A stretch of 64,000 nucleotides of DNA from Clostridia bacterium (GTDB lineage Bacteria > Bacillota > Clostridia > Christensenellales > CAG-138): the NCBI GenBank assembly GCA_017416425.1, contig JAFQCL010000017.1, forward strand, positions 36,393 to 100,392. Direction: 5' to 3'. The translations under genes were made by a program, and so were the position numbers. Under the pieces are notes generated by a model. The model was not told the DNA's origin. It did not search any database and saw only the letters and a list, made by a program, of their open reading frames with translations. Numbering within the stretch: the stretch's first letter is position 1; every line of letters starts with the position of its first letter. Positions 37,722-47,288 of this stretch are shown here, in pieces.

Positions 37722-39440
37722 ATGAGACTGAGAAATGTATTATTGATCATAGTATTAACGGTGTTTTTTTCTACGTTTGCAGGCTGTGTGAACCCTTTAA
37801 ATGATGATCCGCTTGATTATGATAAGATCAATGCAAATGACCCGGTGAATAATGGGGAAAATGTTGATCCTTCACAGTTTATAACAGAGGAGGCGGCCAT
37901 CGAAGCGGCGCTTGCTCATTTTGGCATGAGCGAAGCGGACATTATGATCACAAGGGTCGATCTTGACATGGAAGACGGTCGCTATGAGTATGATGTTGAG
38001 TTTTTGGCAAATGGATTTGAGTACGATTATGAGATAGACGCGCTGACGGGAAATGTACTTTCATATGATGTAGAGCGTGAAGTCATGCCATCGCCTGTAG
38101 AAGGCAGTGAGTATATAACTCCTGAGGAAGCGCTTGCCATAGCGCTTGAGCACGCGGGTGTTTCGGAGAGTGATGCCAGGGAAATAGATGTCGATCTTAA
38201 TGAAGATGATGCTATCGTAGAATATGAGGTAGATTTTAAGACCGCGAATGAGGAATATAACTATGATATCTCTGCTGTGACCGGTGAAATACTCTCCTAT
38301 CATGTAGAGCTTGACGACGGACGTCCAAATCCTAAGCCCACGCCCGGTCAGGAATATATCACCAGAGAAGCTGCGCTTGAAATAGCCCTTGAGCATGCGC
38401 AGATCACAATGTCTGAAGCAAGCAACATAAGGGTTGAGTTTGGTATGGATGATGGCAGAGCCGAGTATGAAGTTGACTTTAACGCCAATGGACTTGAGTA
38501 TGACTATGAGATAGATGCTGTTACCGGAGTTATAATTTCAGTGGACATAGATGATGAGCGTCCCAGGTCTACTGATGCCCCGATAGCTTCGCCCGGACCT
38601 GACCCCACTGCGGGCTCTGAATACATCACAAGGGACGAAGCCCTTACGATAGCCCTTGATCACGCGAATGTCTCAAGAGAAGATGCTACAAGGATAAAGG
38701 TGCAGTTTGGTTATGATGATGGCAGAGCTGAATATGAGGTAGATTTTAAGGCAGGCGGCAGGGAATACGATTATGAGATAGACGCTATAACCGGTGCTGT
38801 TTTATCTGTGGATGTTGATGACGATGCTCCGCGTCCTACTCAGAACCCAACAACATCTCCAGCTCCCGATCCTACCCAAGGAACAGAGTACATTACCGAG
38901 GAAGAGGCGCTTACCATTGCACTGAACCATGCCGGAGTAAGCAGGGATGATGCGACAAATGTCAGAGTAAGATTCGGCTATGACGATAGAAGAGCTGAAT
39001 ACGATGTTGAATTTAGAGCAAATGGCTATGAGTACGAATACGAAATCGATGCGATAACAGGTGCGATCATATCGTTTGATAGGGATGACGGACCCAGACC
39101 GACGCAGTCTCCTGTGATTTCGCCGACTCCCAATCCCACACCAAAGCCCACACCCACGCCCGGAAACAATGGCTATATCACAAGGGATGAAGCTCTTGCA
39201 ATAGCGCTGGATCATGCGGATGTTTTACGGAGTGAGGCATATGATATCGAAGTTGAATTCGATTACGATGACGGAAGAGCGGAATATGAGGTCGAATTTA
39301 AGGCTAACCGTCTTGAGTACAACTACGAGATAGATGCGGTAACCGGAGCAATAATTTCATTCGACGTGGATGACGATGATTATGAAGAAGCTCCCGGACC
39401 CAAAGCGTGCATCTTAAGGAAAAACGCAGTAAAAATATAA
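37722..39440 (+). CDS. Lipoprotein with six tandem PepSY domains
   Basis: AAGGAG RBS, MRLRNVLLIIVLTVFFSTFAGC lipobox. There are six repeats of YIT.EEAL.IAL.HAGV...DA..I.V.F..DDGRAEYEV.F...G.EY.YEIDA.TG.I.S.D, separated by Pro/Thr-rich linkers. Confidence 0.85.
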   Translation: MRLRNVLLIIVLTVFFSTFAGCVNPLNDDPLDYDKINANDPVNNGENVDPSQFITEEAAIEAALAHFGMSEADIMITRVDLDMEDGRYEYDVEFLANGFEYDYEIDALTGNVLSYDVEREVMPSPVEGSEYITPEEALAIALEHAGVSESDAREIDVDLNEDDAIVEYEVDFKTANEEYNYDISAVTGEILSYHVELDDGRPNPKPTPGQEYITREAALEIALEHAQITMSEASNIRVEFGMDDGRAEYEVDFNANGLEYDYEIDAVTGVIISVDIDDERPRSTDAPIASPGPDPTAGSEYITRDEALTIALDHANVSREDATRIKVQFGYDDGRAEYEVDFKAGGREYDYEIDAITGAVLSVDVDDDAPRPTQNPTTSPAPDPTQGTEYITEEEALTIALNHAGVSRDDATNVRVRFGYDDRRAEYDVEFRANGYEYEYEIDAITGAIISFDRDDGPRPTQSPVISPTPNPTPKPTPTPGNNGYITRDEALAIALDHADVLRSEAYDIEVEFDYDDGRAEYEVEFKANRLEYNYEIDAVTGAIISFDVDDDDYEEAPGPKACILRKNAVKI

Positions 39441-39558
39441 CTTTAGATGCAGTGATAGATACAGTCGATGCACAAAAGAAAGAGAAAGCTTTGATGAAGA
39501 TGACGAAAGAATGATGCCTTGAATAAACGACTGACAGATCCCGTATAAGTAAGAAGGG

Positions 39559-39596
39559 GAGCTATGGTAAAACAGCGCCATAGTTCCTTTATTTTG
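39559..39596 (+). terminator. Intrinsic terminator after the PepSY gene
   Basis: GAGCTATGG (39559-39567) pairs with CCATAGTTC (39578-39586), followed by CTTTATTTT. Confidence 0.55.
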
Positions 39597-39629
39597 GTTT
39601 TAATAAGGATAATATAAACGAGCAGCGTA

Positions 39630-39659
39630 TTGACGAAGCTGACCATTGGGGTGTATAAT
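39630..39659 (+). promoter_or_regulatory. Sigma-A type promoter for the hyd maturation operon
   Basis: TTGACG (39630-39635), an 18-nt spacer, then TATAAT (39654-39659). It leaves a leader of about 140 nt before the first ORF. Confidence 0.5.
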
Positions 39660-39807
39660 TAATTTAAACCTGAGCACAAAGTTTTGGCATATGTCGATTC
39701 TGAGTGTAAGGCGGAAGCTGCATACTAATAATGATAATCGGTAGCGTACTGCCTTTTTGGGGGTTATGTCGCTGCTTTTTTGTTTAACATAAAATTTTGG
39801 GAGGCTT

Positions 39808-40074
39808 ATGACTATGACGACAAGAGTTGCTGTTATGGGCATAATAGTTGAAAATAAAGACTCGGTAGCGGCGCTTAACGCGCTTTTGCATGAATACGGA
39901 GACTATATAATAGGCAGGATGGGTATGCCGTATCGCGAACGCAAAATATCAATAATTTCTATCGCGATAGACGCGCCGCAGGATGCTATATCCGCGCTTG
40001 CGGGTAAGATCGGAAATATAGATGGTATAAGCGTAAAAACGGCTTATTCAGGGGTGGTGAGCGATGAATCATGA
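39808..40074 (+). CDS. TM1266-family putative iron-only hydrogenase system regulator (ACT/NikR-C-like small protein)
   Basis: 88 aa. RVAVMGIIVENKDSVAALNALLHEYGDYIIGRMGMPYRE..ISIISIAIDAP.D.ISALAGKIG is the pattern seen in the small protein that precedes hydE/hydG in Thermotoga-type clusters. Overlaps hydE by 11 nt. Confidence 0.75.
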   Translation: MTMTTRVAVMGIIVENKDSVAALNALLHEYGDYIIGRMGMPYRERKISIISIAIDAPQDAISALAGKIGNIDGISVKTAYSGVVSDES

Positions 40075-41113
40075 AGTAAACACTCTTATTGACAGGCTTG
40101 AACAAAGCGGAAGTCTGGATATTTCAGAATATGAGTACCTTCTTTCAAAAAGGAGCGGGGAGGCGCTTGAATATGTTGCGAAAAAGGCCGTTATTGCCAG
40201 AAAAAAGGTGTATGGCAATACGATCTATATAAGGGGGCTTATCGAAGTCGGAAATATATGCCGAAACGACTGCATGTATTGCGGGATAAGGCGCTCCAAT
40301 TCAAACTGTGACAGATATCGACTTACAAAGGAGCAGATACTTGAGTGCTGTCATGAGGGGTATGAGCATGGTTTTCGCACGTTCGTCATGCAGGGCGGTG
40401 AGGATGGCGCGTTTTCCGCAGGCAGAGTCTGCGAGATTGTATCTGAGATTAAAAAACTCTACCCGGACTGCGCGGTAACGCTTTCTTTGGGGGAATATAA
40501 AAGAGCAGAATATAAGGCGATGTTCAATGCAGGAGCGGATAGATATCTTCTTAGGCATGAAACGGCGGATAAGCAGCACTATGAGAAGCTTCACCCGAGT
40601 GAAATGAGCTTTGAAAATAGGATGCGCTGTCTTTATGATCTAAAGGACATAGGCTTTCAAACAGGCTGCGGCTTCATGGTGGGTTCGCCCTATCAAACAC
40701 TTGGCACGCTGGCTAAGGATCTGAAATTTATTGAGGAATTTTCGCCTCAAATGTGCGGGATAGGTCCCTTTATACCGCATAGGGATACCCCGTTTGGGAA
40801 TATGGCGGCAGGTACGCTTGAGCTTACTTTGTATCTGCTATCCATAGTAAGGCTTATAAAGCCAACACTGCTGCTTCCTTCTACAACAGCTCTTGGCACT
40901 CTTAATGAGACCGGACGGGAGAGGGGGATATTAGCGGGAGCAAATGTTATAATGCCTAATTTATCTCCTTTATCCGTGAGGAAAAAGTATGAGCTATATA
41001 ATAATAAGCTTTGCAGCGGCGCGGAGACGGCGGAATATTTAAATGAGCTTCGAGCACGTATGGAGCGCATAGGATATGAGATAGTTATCGCAAGAGGCGA
41101 TATAAAAGAATAG
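40064..41113 (+). CDS. hydE: [FeFe]-hydrogenase H-cluster radical SAM maturase HydE
   Basis: 349 aa. Radical SAM CRNDCMYCGIR, biotin-synthase-like fold, in hyd operon context. Confidence 0.9.
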   Translation: MNHEVNTLIDRLEQSGSLDISEYEYLLSKRSGEALEYVAKKAVIARKKVYGNTIYIRGLIEVGNICRNDCMYCGIRRSNSNCDRYRLTKEQILECCHEGYEHGFRTFVMQGGEDGAFSAGRVCEIVSEIKKLYPDCAVTLSLGEYKRAEYKAMFNAGADRYLLRHETADKQHYEKLHPSEMSFENRMRCLYDLKDIGFQTGCGFMVGSPYQTLGTLAKDLKFIEEFSPQMCGIGPFIPHRDTPFGNMAAGTLELTLYLLSIVRLIKPTLLLPSTTALGTLNETGRERGILAGANVIMPNLSPLSVRKKYELYNNKLCSGAETAEYLNELRARMERIGYEIVIARGDIKE

Positions 41114-41140
41114 ATAATTATGAAAAAGGAGAAAAACAAA

Positions 41141-42589
41141 ATGGCGATCTATAATCCACAGTCGCTTAAGGCGGAGGAATTCATAAATGACGGTGAAATA
41201 CTGGAAACTTTAAAGTATGCGGAGGAGAATAAGCGTAACATCCCACTCATAGATAGTATACTTGAAAAGGCACGCCCTAAAAAAAACGAACACGGCATTA
41301 GTTGCTCGGGTCTTTCCCACAGAGAGGCGTCGGTGCTTCTTGCCTGCGATATACCTGAAAAGGTGGAAGAGATGTATAAGCTTGCAAGGGAGATAAAGCT
41401 TGCTTTTTATGGCAACAGGATAGTCATGTTCGCTCCGCTTTATCTTTCAAACTACTGTGTAAATGGCTGCGTTTATTGCCCATATCACTTTAAAAACAAG
41501 CATATAGCCAGGATCAAGCTCACACAGGAGCAGGTTAAAAACGAGGTTATCGCTCTGCAGGATATGGGTCATAAGCGCCTTGCCATAGAGTCCGGCGAAG
41601 ATCCTGTAAACAGCCCGATAGAGTACATACTCGAATGTATAAACACCATTTATAGCATAAAGCATAAAAATGGCGCTATAAGAAGGGTAAATGTAAACAT
41701 AGCCGCCACCACCGTTGAAAACTATCGGAAGCTGAAGGAGGCAGGGATAGGAACTTATATACTATTCCAGGAGACATATCACAAAAAGAGCTACCTTGAG
41801 CTTCACCCAACAGGCCCCAAACACAATTATGATTACCATACAGAGGCTATGGACAGAGCCATGGAGGGCGGCATCGATGATGTTGGGCTTGGAGTACTAT
41901 TCGGTCTTGAGATGTATAAATACGAATTCGCGGGGCTTCTTATGCATGCCGAACATCTTGAGGCTGTACACGGTGTAGGTCCGCACACCATAAGCGTACC
42001 CAGGATAAAGCGGGCGGATGATATCGATCCTACCGTATTTGATAACAGCCTAAGCGATGAGATGTTCGCGAAGATAATCGCCTGCATAAGGATAGCCGTC
42101 CCCTATACCGGCATGATAATATCGACCCGTGAGAGCGAGAGCGTTCGCAAGATGGCGCTTGAGCTGGGTGTTTCTCAGATAAGCGGAGCTTCACGCACAT
42201 CGGTAGGCGGTTATACGGAGAAAGAGCGTCCCCACGATTCGGAGCAGTTTGATGTTTCCGATCAGCGCACCCTTGATGAGGTAGTAAACTGGCTCATGAG
42301 GCTTGGCCACATACCATCCTTCTGTACCGCCTGTTATCGTGAGGGAAGAACAGGGGATCGATTCATGAGTTTGTGTAAAAACGGTCAGATAATAAATTGC
42401 TGTCATCCTAACGCGCTTATGACGCTTGCGGAGTATCTTGTTGACTACGGCTCGGAGGACACCAGGGAAGTAGGCTTCAAAATGATAGAAGAAGAGCTTA
42501 AAAAGATACCGAACGAAAAGGTGAGGGATATCGCGAAGAACAATATTGAGGCGATAAAGGCATCTAACAGGCGTGACTTCAGGTTTTAA
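41141..42589 (+). CDS. hydG: [FeFe]-hydrogenase H-cluster radical SAM maturase HydG
   Basis: Radical SAM CVNGCVYCPY plus the C-terminal auxiliary cluster motif CTACYREGRTGDRFMSLC. AAGGAG RBS before the ATG at 41141; the ORF track start at 41120 is possible. Confidence 0.9.
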   Translation: MAIYNPQSLKAEEFINDGEILETLKYAEENKRNIPLIDSILEKARPKKNEHGISCSGLSHREASVLLACDIPEKVEEMYKLAREIKLAFYGNRIVMFAPLYLSNYCVNGCVYCPYHFKNKHIARIKLTQEQVKNEVIALQDMGHKRLAIESGEDPVNSPIEYILECINTIYSIKHKNGAIRRVNVNIAATTVENYRKLKEAGIGTYILFQETYHKKSYLELHPTGPKHNYDYHTEAMDRAMEGGIDDVGLGVLFGLEMYKYEFAGLLMHAEHLEAVHGVGPHTISVPRIKRADDIDPTVFDNSLSDEMFAKIIACIRIAVPYTGMIISTRESESVRKMALELGVSQISGASRTSVGGYTEKERPHDSEQFDVSDQRTLDEVVNWLMRLGHIPSFCTACYREGRTGDRFMSLCKNGQIINCCHPNALMTLAEYLVDYGSEDTREVGFKMIEEELKKIPNEKVRDIAKNNIEAIKASNRRDFRF

Positions 42590-42614
42590 AGGAATAAACT
42601 CGGGAGGAGCTTTT

Positions 42615-43817
42615 ATGGGATTAAATGAGACCGCATCCGCGGAAAGAGTACATATCGGCTTTTTTGGCATGAGAAATGCCGGAAAATCAAGCGTTGTAAA
42701 CGCGGTTACAGGGCAGAATGTATCGCTTGTGTCGGATTTTAAGGGTACCACAACGGATCCTGTGAAAAAGGCCATGGAGATACTTCCGCTAGGCCCGGTG
42801 GTTATAATCGATACCCCGGGTATGGATGATGAAGGGGAGCTTGGAGCTTTGCGTGTTTTACGGGCAAAGCGTGTGCTAAGTTATGCTGATCTGGCAGTTT
42901 TGGTGGTAGACGCGACCAAGGGTCTAATGCCGCCGGATAAAGAGCTTATTTCCGCCTTTAAAGAAAAGGAGATACGCTATGTCGTGGCTTACAATAAGTC
43001 CGATCTGCTGGAAGAGGTGCCAAAAGCAGGTGAAAATGAAATATACGTAAGCGCTGCCACAAAGGACGGCATAGATGAGCTTCGCCAAATGCTCGGAAAG
43101 CTCATAAAACGTGAAAGTGGTGAAAGGCGCCTTGTTTCAGACCTTATTTCACCTGGAGATACGGTAGTGCTGGTGACCCCCATAGATGCTTCCGCGCCTA
43201 AGGGAAGGTTAATTTTGCCGCAGCAGCAGACTATACGCGACATATTGGATGTAAATGCCATGGCTATAGTAACTCAGGAAACGGAGCTTAAAGCTGCTTT
43301 ATCGGGACTTTCCAGACCGCCTAAAATGGTCATAACCGACTCTCAGGCGTTTGGCAGAGTAAGCCCTTGTGTGCCAAAAAACATTCCTCTTACATCTTTT
43401 TCAATACTTTTCGCGCGCTATAAAGGCGATCTCTGTGCGCTGGTGCATGGGGCGGCCGCCTTGGATAAGCTTAATGACGGCGATACCTTGCTTATATCCG
43501 AGGGCTGCACCCATCATAGGCAATGCGGCGATATAGGCAGCGTGAAGCTTCCCGCCTGGATAAAAAAGCATACGGGAAAAGAGCTGAAATTTGAATTTAC
43601 TTCCGGGATGGATTTTTCCGAGGATATTTCAAAGTACGCGCTTATCATCCACTGCGGAGGCTGCATGCTGAATGAGCGTGAGATGAAATCCAGGATACGC
43701 TATGCTGCTGATCAAAAGGTCCCGATAACCAATTACGGTATTGTTATCGCTCATATACATGGGATTTTAAGGCGCTCTTTGGAACTCTTCCCGGATGTAC
43801 TTAGAATTCTTGGCTGA
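42615..43817 (+). CDS. hydF: [FeFe]-hydrogenase maturation GTPase HydF
   Basis: GGGAGGAG RBS before the ATG at 42615. It has GMRNAGKSS (G1), DTPG (G3), NKSD (G4) and the C-terminal cluster ligands EGCTHH ... HCGGC. Confidence 0.92.
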   Translation: MGLNETASAERVHIGFFGMRNAGKSSVVNAVTGQNVSLVSDFKGTTTDPVKKAMEILPLGPVVIIDTPGMDDEGELGALRVLRAKRVLSYADLAVLVVDATKGLMPPDKELISAFKEKEIRYVVAYNKSDLLEEVPKAGENEIYVSAATKDGIDELRQMLGKLIKRESGERRLVSDLISPGDTVVLVTPIDASAPKGRLILPQQQTIRDILDVNAMAIVTQETELKAALSGLSRPPKMVITDSQAFGRVSPCVPKNIPLTSFSILFARYKGDLCALVHGAAALDKLNDGDTLLISEGCTHHRQCGDIGSVKLPAWIKKHTGKELKFEFTSGMDFSEDISKYALIIHCGGCMLNEREMKSRIRYAADQKVPITNYGIVIAHIHGILRRSLELFPDVLRILG

Positions 43818-43832
43818 ATTCGTGAAAAACTC

Positions 43833-43861
43833 TTGAGAAAAGCTGTATTGTAATGTATAAT
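43833..43861 (+). promoter_or_regulatory. Sigma-A type promoter upstream of the SPFH gene
   Basis: TTGAGA (43833-43838), a 17-nt spacer, then TATAAT (43856-43861). The leader is about 110 nt. Confidence 0.5.
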
Positions 43862-43976
43862 ATAAAAGACATCTGATGATGCGGTATTATTGGCATCTTA
43901 GTGAGGTTAATCGTATATATTGGGTCTGCCCGGACTAAGTATTCTATAATACCACCAAATTTAAGGAGGAAAGAAC

Positions 43977-45395
43977 ATGGGACTTTTAAAAGCCGGAATA
44001 GGCGCTCTTGGCGGTGTGCTTGCCGATCAGTGGAGAGAGTATTTTTATTGCGAGTCTATGGCTGCAAATGTACTTGCTGCAAAGGGAGTAAAACGTACCA
44101 GTGGCCGCAGCAGCAATACAAAGGGAGAGGATAACATCATATCGAACGGCTCGATCATAGCCGTAAACGAAGGCCAGTGCATGATGATAGTAGAGCAGGG
44201 CGCTGTTGTGGAGTTTTGCGCTGAAGCGGGCGAATTCGTTTGGGATAGCTCAACAGAGCCTACTATGCTTTATGGAGGTTTTGGCAAGGGTATCAAAAAA
44301 TCCTGGGAAACGTTTAAAAAGCGCTTTACAATGGGTGGAGATACCGGTAAAGATCAAAGGGTGTATTTCTTTAATACAAAGGAAATAATCGGCAACAAAT
44401 ACGGAACGGCAAATCCTGTACCCTTTAGGGTGGTGGATAATAATATAGGCCTTGATATGGATATAGGCATTAAGTGCTTTGGAGAATATTCATACAAGCT
44501 TAGCGATCCCATGCTTTTCTATAAGAACGTATGCGGAAATATAGAAGGCTTTTTTACTCGTGACAAAATAGACAGCCAGCTTAAAAGCGAACTGCTTACA
44601 GCACTTCAGCCTGCTTTCGCAAAGATATCTGGAATGGGTATCCGATATAGCGCTCTTCCGGGTCATACCGTAGAGATGGCGGATGCTTTGAATGAGGTGC
44701 TTTCTCAGAAGTGGAGCGAGCTTCGTGGCGTGCAGGTGGTTTCGTTTGGCGTAAGTTCGGTAACTGCCAATCCCGAGGATGAGGAGACTATTAAAGAGCT
44801 GCAAAAGAGCGCTGTGTTCCGCAACCCCAATATGGCTGCTGCGCATTTGGTTGGCGCACAGGCAGAGGCCATGAAAGCGGCTGCGGCAAATGAAGGCGGC
44901 ATGGGAAGCATGATGGGCTTTATGGGCATGAATATGGCGCAAAACGCCGGGGGCATGAATGCGCAAAGCCTTTACCAGATGGGACAGCAGCCGCAATATC
45001 AGCAGCAAGCGCCCGCCCAGCAGCAACCTGCCGCGGCCGGGTGGAGCTGTTCATGCGGAAATAGCGGAAATACCGGAAAATTCTGCAATGAATGTGGAAA
45101 ACCACAGCCTGTCCCCAAAAAGGACGGTTGGGATTGCGCTTGCGGCGCTACAGGAAATACCGGAAAATTCTGCGCTGAATGCGGAAAACAGCAGCCTGCT
45201 GCTAATGGTTGGACATGTTCATGCGGCGCCGTAAACAAAGGTAAATTCTGCCCGGAGTGCGGATCAAAGAAACCGGCAGGCATACCGCAATATCGCTGTG
45301 ATAAGTGCGGCTGGGAGCCGGGCGACCCGACAAAGCCCCCGAAATTCTGTCCGGAATGTGGGGATCCGTTTGATGATGGAGATGTGAAAGCTTGA
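43977..45395 (+). CDS. SPFH/band-7 (YdjI, COG4260-like) protein with a Gln-rich linker and four C-terminal zinc ribbons
   Basis: 472 aa. The N-terminus MGLLKAGIGALGGVLADQWREYF ... and the body resemble the virion-core-like SPFH family. The C-terminus has WSCSCG..GKFCNECG, WDCACG..GKFCAECG, WTCSCG..GKFCPECG and YRCDKCG..KFCPECG. AAGGAGG RBS. Confidence 0.75.
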   Translation: MGLLKAGIGALGGVLADQWREYFYCESMAANVLAAKGVKRTSGRSSNTKGEDNIISNGSIIAVNEGQCMMIVEQGAVVEFCAEAGEFVWDSSTEPTMLYGGFGKGIKKSWETFKKRFTMGGDTGKDQRVYFFNTKEIIGNKYGTANPVPFRVVDNNIGLDMDIGIKCFGEYSYKLSDPMLFYKNVCGNIEGFFTRDKIDSQLKSELLTALQPAFAKISGMGIRYSALPGHTVEMADALNEVLSQKWSELRGVQVVSFGVSSVTANPEDEETIKELQKSAVFRNPNMAAAHLVGAQAEAMKAAAANEGGMGSMMGFMGMNMAQNAGGMNAQSLYQMGQQPQYQQQAPAQQQPAAAGWSCSCGNSGNTGKFCNECGKPQPVPKKDGWDCACGATGNTGKFCAECGKQQPAANGWTCSCGAVNKGKFCPECGSKKPAGIPQYRCDKCGWEPGDPTKPPKFCPECGDPFDDGDVKA

Positions 45396-45529
45396 TAATA
45401 AAATGTCGCTGCCAAGACGATGGCGGCGGCATTTTTTATGCGGGTATTTCTCTGTACATTAGAAAATGGTTGCCTTTTGGGGAAAATAAAGGTATATTAT
45501 TACATGATAAAGTATACGGAGATGTTGAA

Positions 45530-47191
45530 ATGCTCCTAAATAAAACTACACGTTTTATGTCCGTTATTATGGCTTTTGTCCTGATAATGGCATGCGTTGT
45601 GCCCACGGGCGCGGAAATAGCCGAAAAGCTGCCGGAGAAAAACGCTTCTTTGGCTGACCTTAACGAGGCGCTGAATGTAGAAGGCGGAACGCTTGAGTTC
45701 ACCACGGAGGAATACCCCTTTGCTGCTGTTCATGATGGCGAAATGTACTATGCGCTATCCACAAATGCGGGCGTAGAAAATTCAAGCTCCCTGTTGAAAC
45801 CTACGGTCACCGTTTCTGCAGGTGATATTCTTTTGTTTGACTATCTTTATTATGGGGATCCTGTTTTAAATTTCCTGTCTTTGTATGTTGTAAATGAGGC
45901 CGGTGAGGAAGTGCGGCCGTTCGTTACTGAAGAATCCGATGGAACATGGCAAACCGCTAGTTATACCTTCTCTGCTGCCGGTGAATATGACCTTACATGG
46001 CAGTATTATAATGAGCATGACGGGGCTGGCTATGCTTGTTTAGACAATATCGAGATCATATCGACTTCCGATCCCGACCCGACGCCGACTCCCGCCCCTC
46101 CTGCCCCAGACTTAAACGAGGCTCTAAACGTTGAAGGCGGAACGCTTGAGTTTGTATCACCCGATGGTGATGATTATTCCTTCGTTGCTGTTAATAATGG
46201 CGAAAGATACTTTGCTGAATCGACCAATAGCGGCGTAGGCATGCACAATACCAGGTCTACGATGAGCACTACTGTCAGTGTTTCTGTGGGTGATGTTCTT
46301 TCTTTCGACTATTTTGTCAGCTCGGAACGCTACTGTGACTTCCTGTATTTATACATTGATGGTTTAAATGAAGGCGCCCCTATAGCTGAATTCAGCGGTA
46401 CTGATATGACTGACTGGGACACCTGTACTTACACTTTTACCGAGGGTGGTGAGTATAAGATTGTTTGGATGTATAAACAGGATGGCTCGATTAGTTATGG
46501 TGAAGACCTTGCCCGTATAGACAATGTTGAGCTTATAGATAATCCCGATCCTGATCCAACACCGACGACCGATCCCGTTGCAGATTTAAACGAAGCGCTG
46601 AATGTTGAAGGCGGCAGTTTTGAGTTTACCTCAGACGGAGAATATCCCTTCATTGCTGTGGATGATGGCGAAAGGTATTATGCGGAGTCTACAAATATGG
46701 GCTATGATGAAACAAGCTCCATTGTAAGGACTACTGTGACAGCAACTGCGGGAGAAATACTGTCCTTTGACTACTTTGTAAGCTCTGAGTATGACTACGA
46801 TATTTTTAACGTATATATCGAAGGCGTAGAAGGGTCGATATTTGAGATAAGCGGCGTGATGGGCGGCTGGGCGACCTTTACTTATACCATTCCTGCGGAT
46901 GGCGAGTACACCTTTGTTTGGGAATATAGTAAGGACATGTCTGATAACGGCGGTGAAGACTTTGCCCGCCTTGATAATATTCAGATACTGCCGACTGAGG
47001 TTGTTTTACCTGGCGATGTAGATGGTGATGGTATTGTTGATTCGATAGATGCGCTGCTGATACTGAGGTATGCCATGGGTATCATTGAAGAAGAAGATAT
47101 CGACATTGAAAACGCCGATGTAAATGAAGATGGCGTTATCGATGCTCTTGATGCTCTTTTCGTGCTCCGAATGTCATTGGGTATTGAATGA
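45530..47191 (+). CDS. Secreted dockerin-containing protein with three copies of an unassigned ~155-aa domain
   Basis: The signal peptide begins at MLLNKTTRFMSVIMAFVLIMACVVPTGAEI. Three repeats each open with DLNEALNVEGG(T/S)(L/F)EF and close with LDNI(E/Q). Pro/Thr/Asp linkers (DPDPTPTP). C-terminal type I dockerin duplicated segment DVDGDGIVDSIDAL ... DVNEDGVIDALDAL. Confidence 0.8.
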   Translation: MLLNKTTRFMSVIMAFVLIMACVVPTGAEIAEKLPEKNASLADLNEALNVEGGTLEFTTEEYPFAAVHDGEMYYALSTNAGVENSSSLLKPTVTVSAGDILLFDYLYYGDPVLNFLSLYVVNEAGEEVRPFVTEESDGTWQTASYTFSAAGEYDLTWQYYNEHDGAGYACLDNIEIISTSDPDPTPTPAPPAPDLNEALNVEGGTLEFVSPDGDDYSFVAVNNGERYFAESTNSGVGMHNTRSTMSTTVSVSVGDVLSFDYFVSSERYCDFLYLYIDGLNEGAPIAEFSGTDMTDWDTCTYTFTEGGEYKIVWMYKQDGSISYGEDLARIDNVELIDNPDPDPTPTTDPVADLNEALNVEGGSFEFTSDGEYPFIAVDDGERYYAESTNMGYDETSSIVRTTVTATAGEILSFDYFVSSEYDYDIFNVYIEGVEGSIFEISGVMGGWATFTYTIPADGEYTFVWEYSKDMSDNGGEDFARLDNIQILPTEVVLPGDVDGDGIVDSIDALLILRYAMGIIEEEDIDIENADVNEDGVIDALDALFVLRMSLGIE

Positions 47192-47240
47192 TCGAAAGAT
47201 GAGTAAATATCGATAGCCGTATGCCAAGCTAAATGAAATG

Positions 47241-47288
47241 GGACTGCCGGGAAGCGATGGAATGATCGCCGGAGCAGTCCTTATTTTG
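47241..47288 (+). terminator. Intrinsic terminator after the dockerin protein gene
   Basis: GGACTGCCGG ... CCGGAGCAGTCC, followed by TTATTTT. Confidence 0.5.

Noticed and set aside
37722-39440. Periodic nucleotide repeats that might be mistaken for a CRISPR or tandem-repeat array.
   Set aside because: The repeats are in-frame protein domain repeats (PepSY) inside one long ORF, with no short direct repeats or unique spacers. The same applies to the three repeats in 45656-47010.
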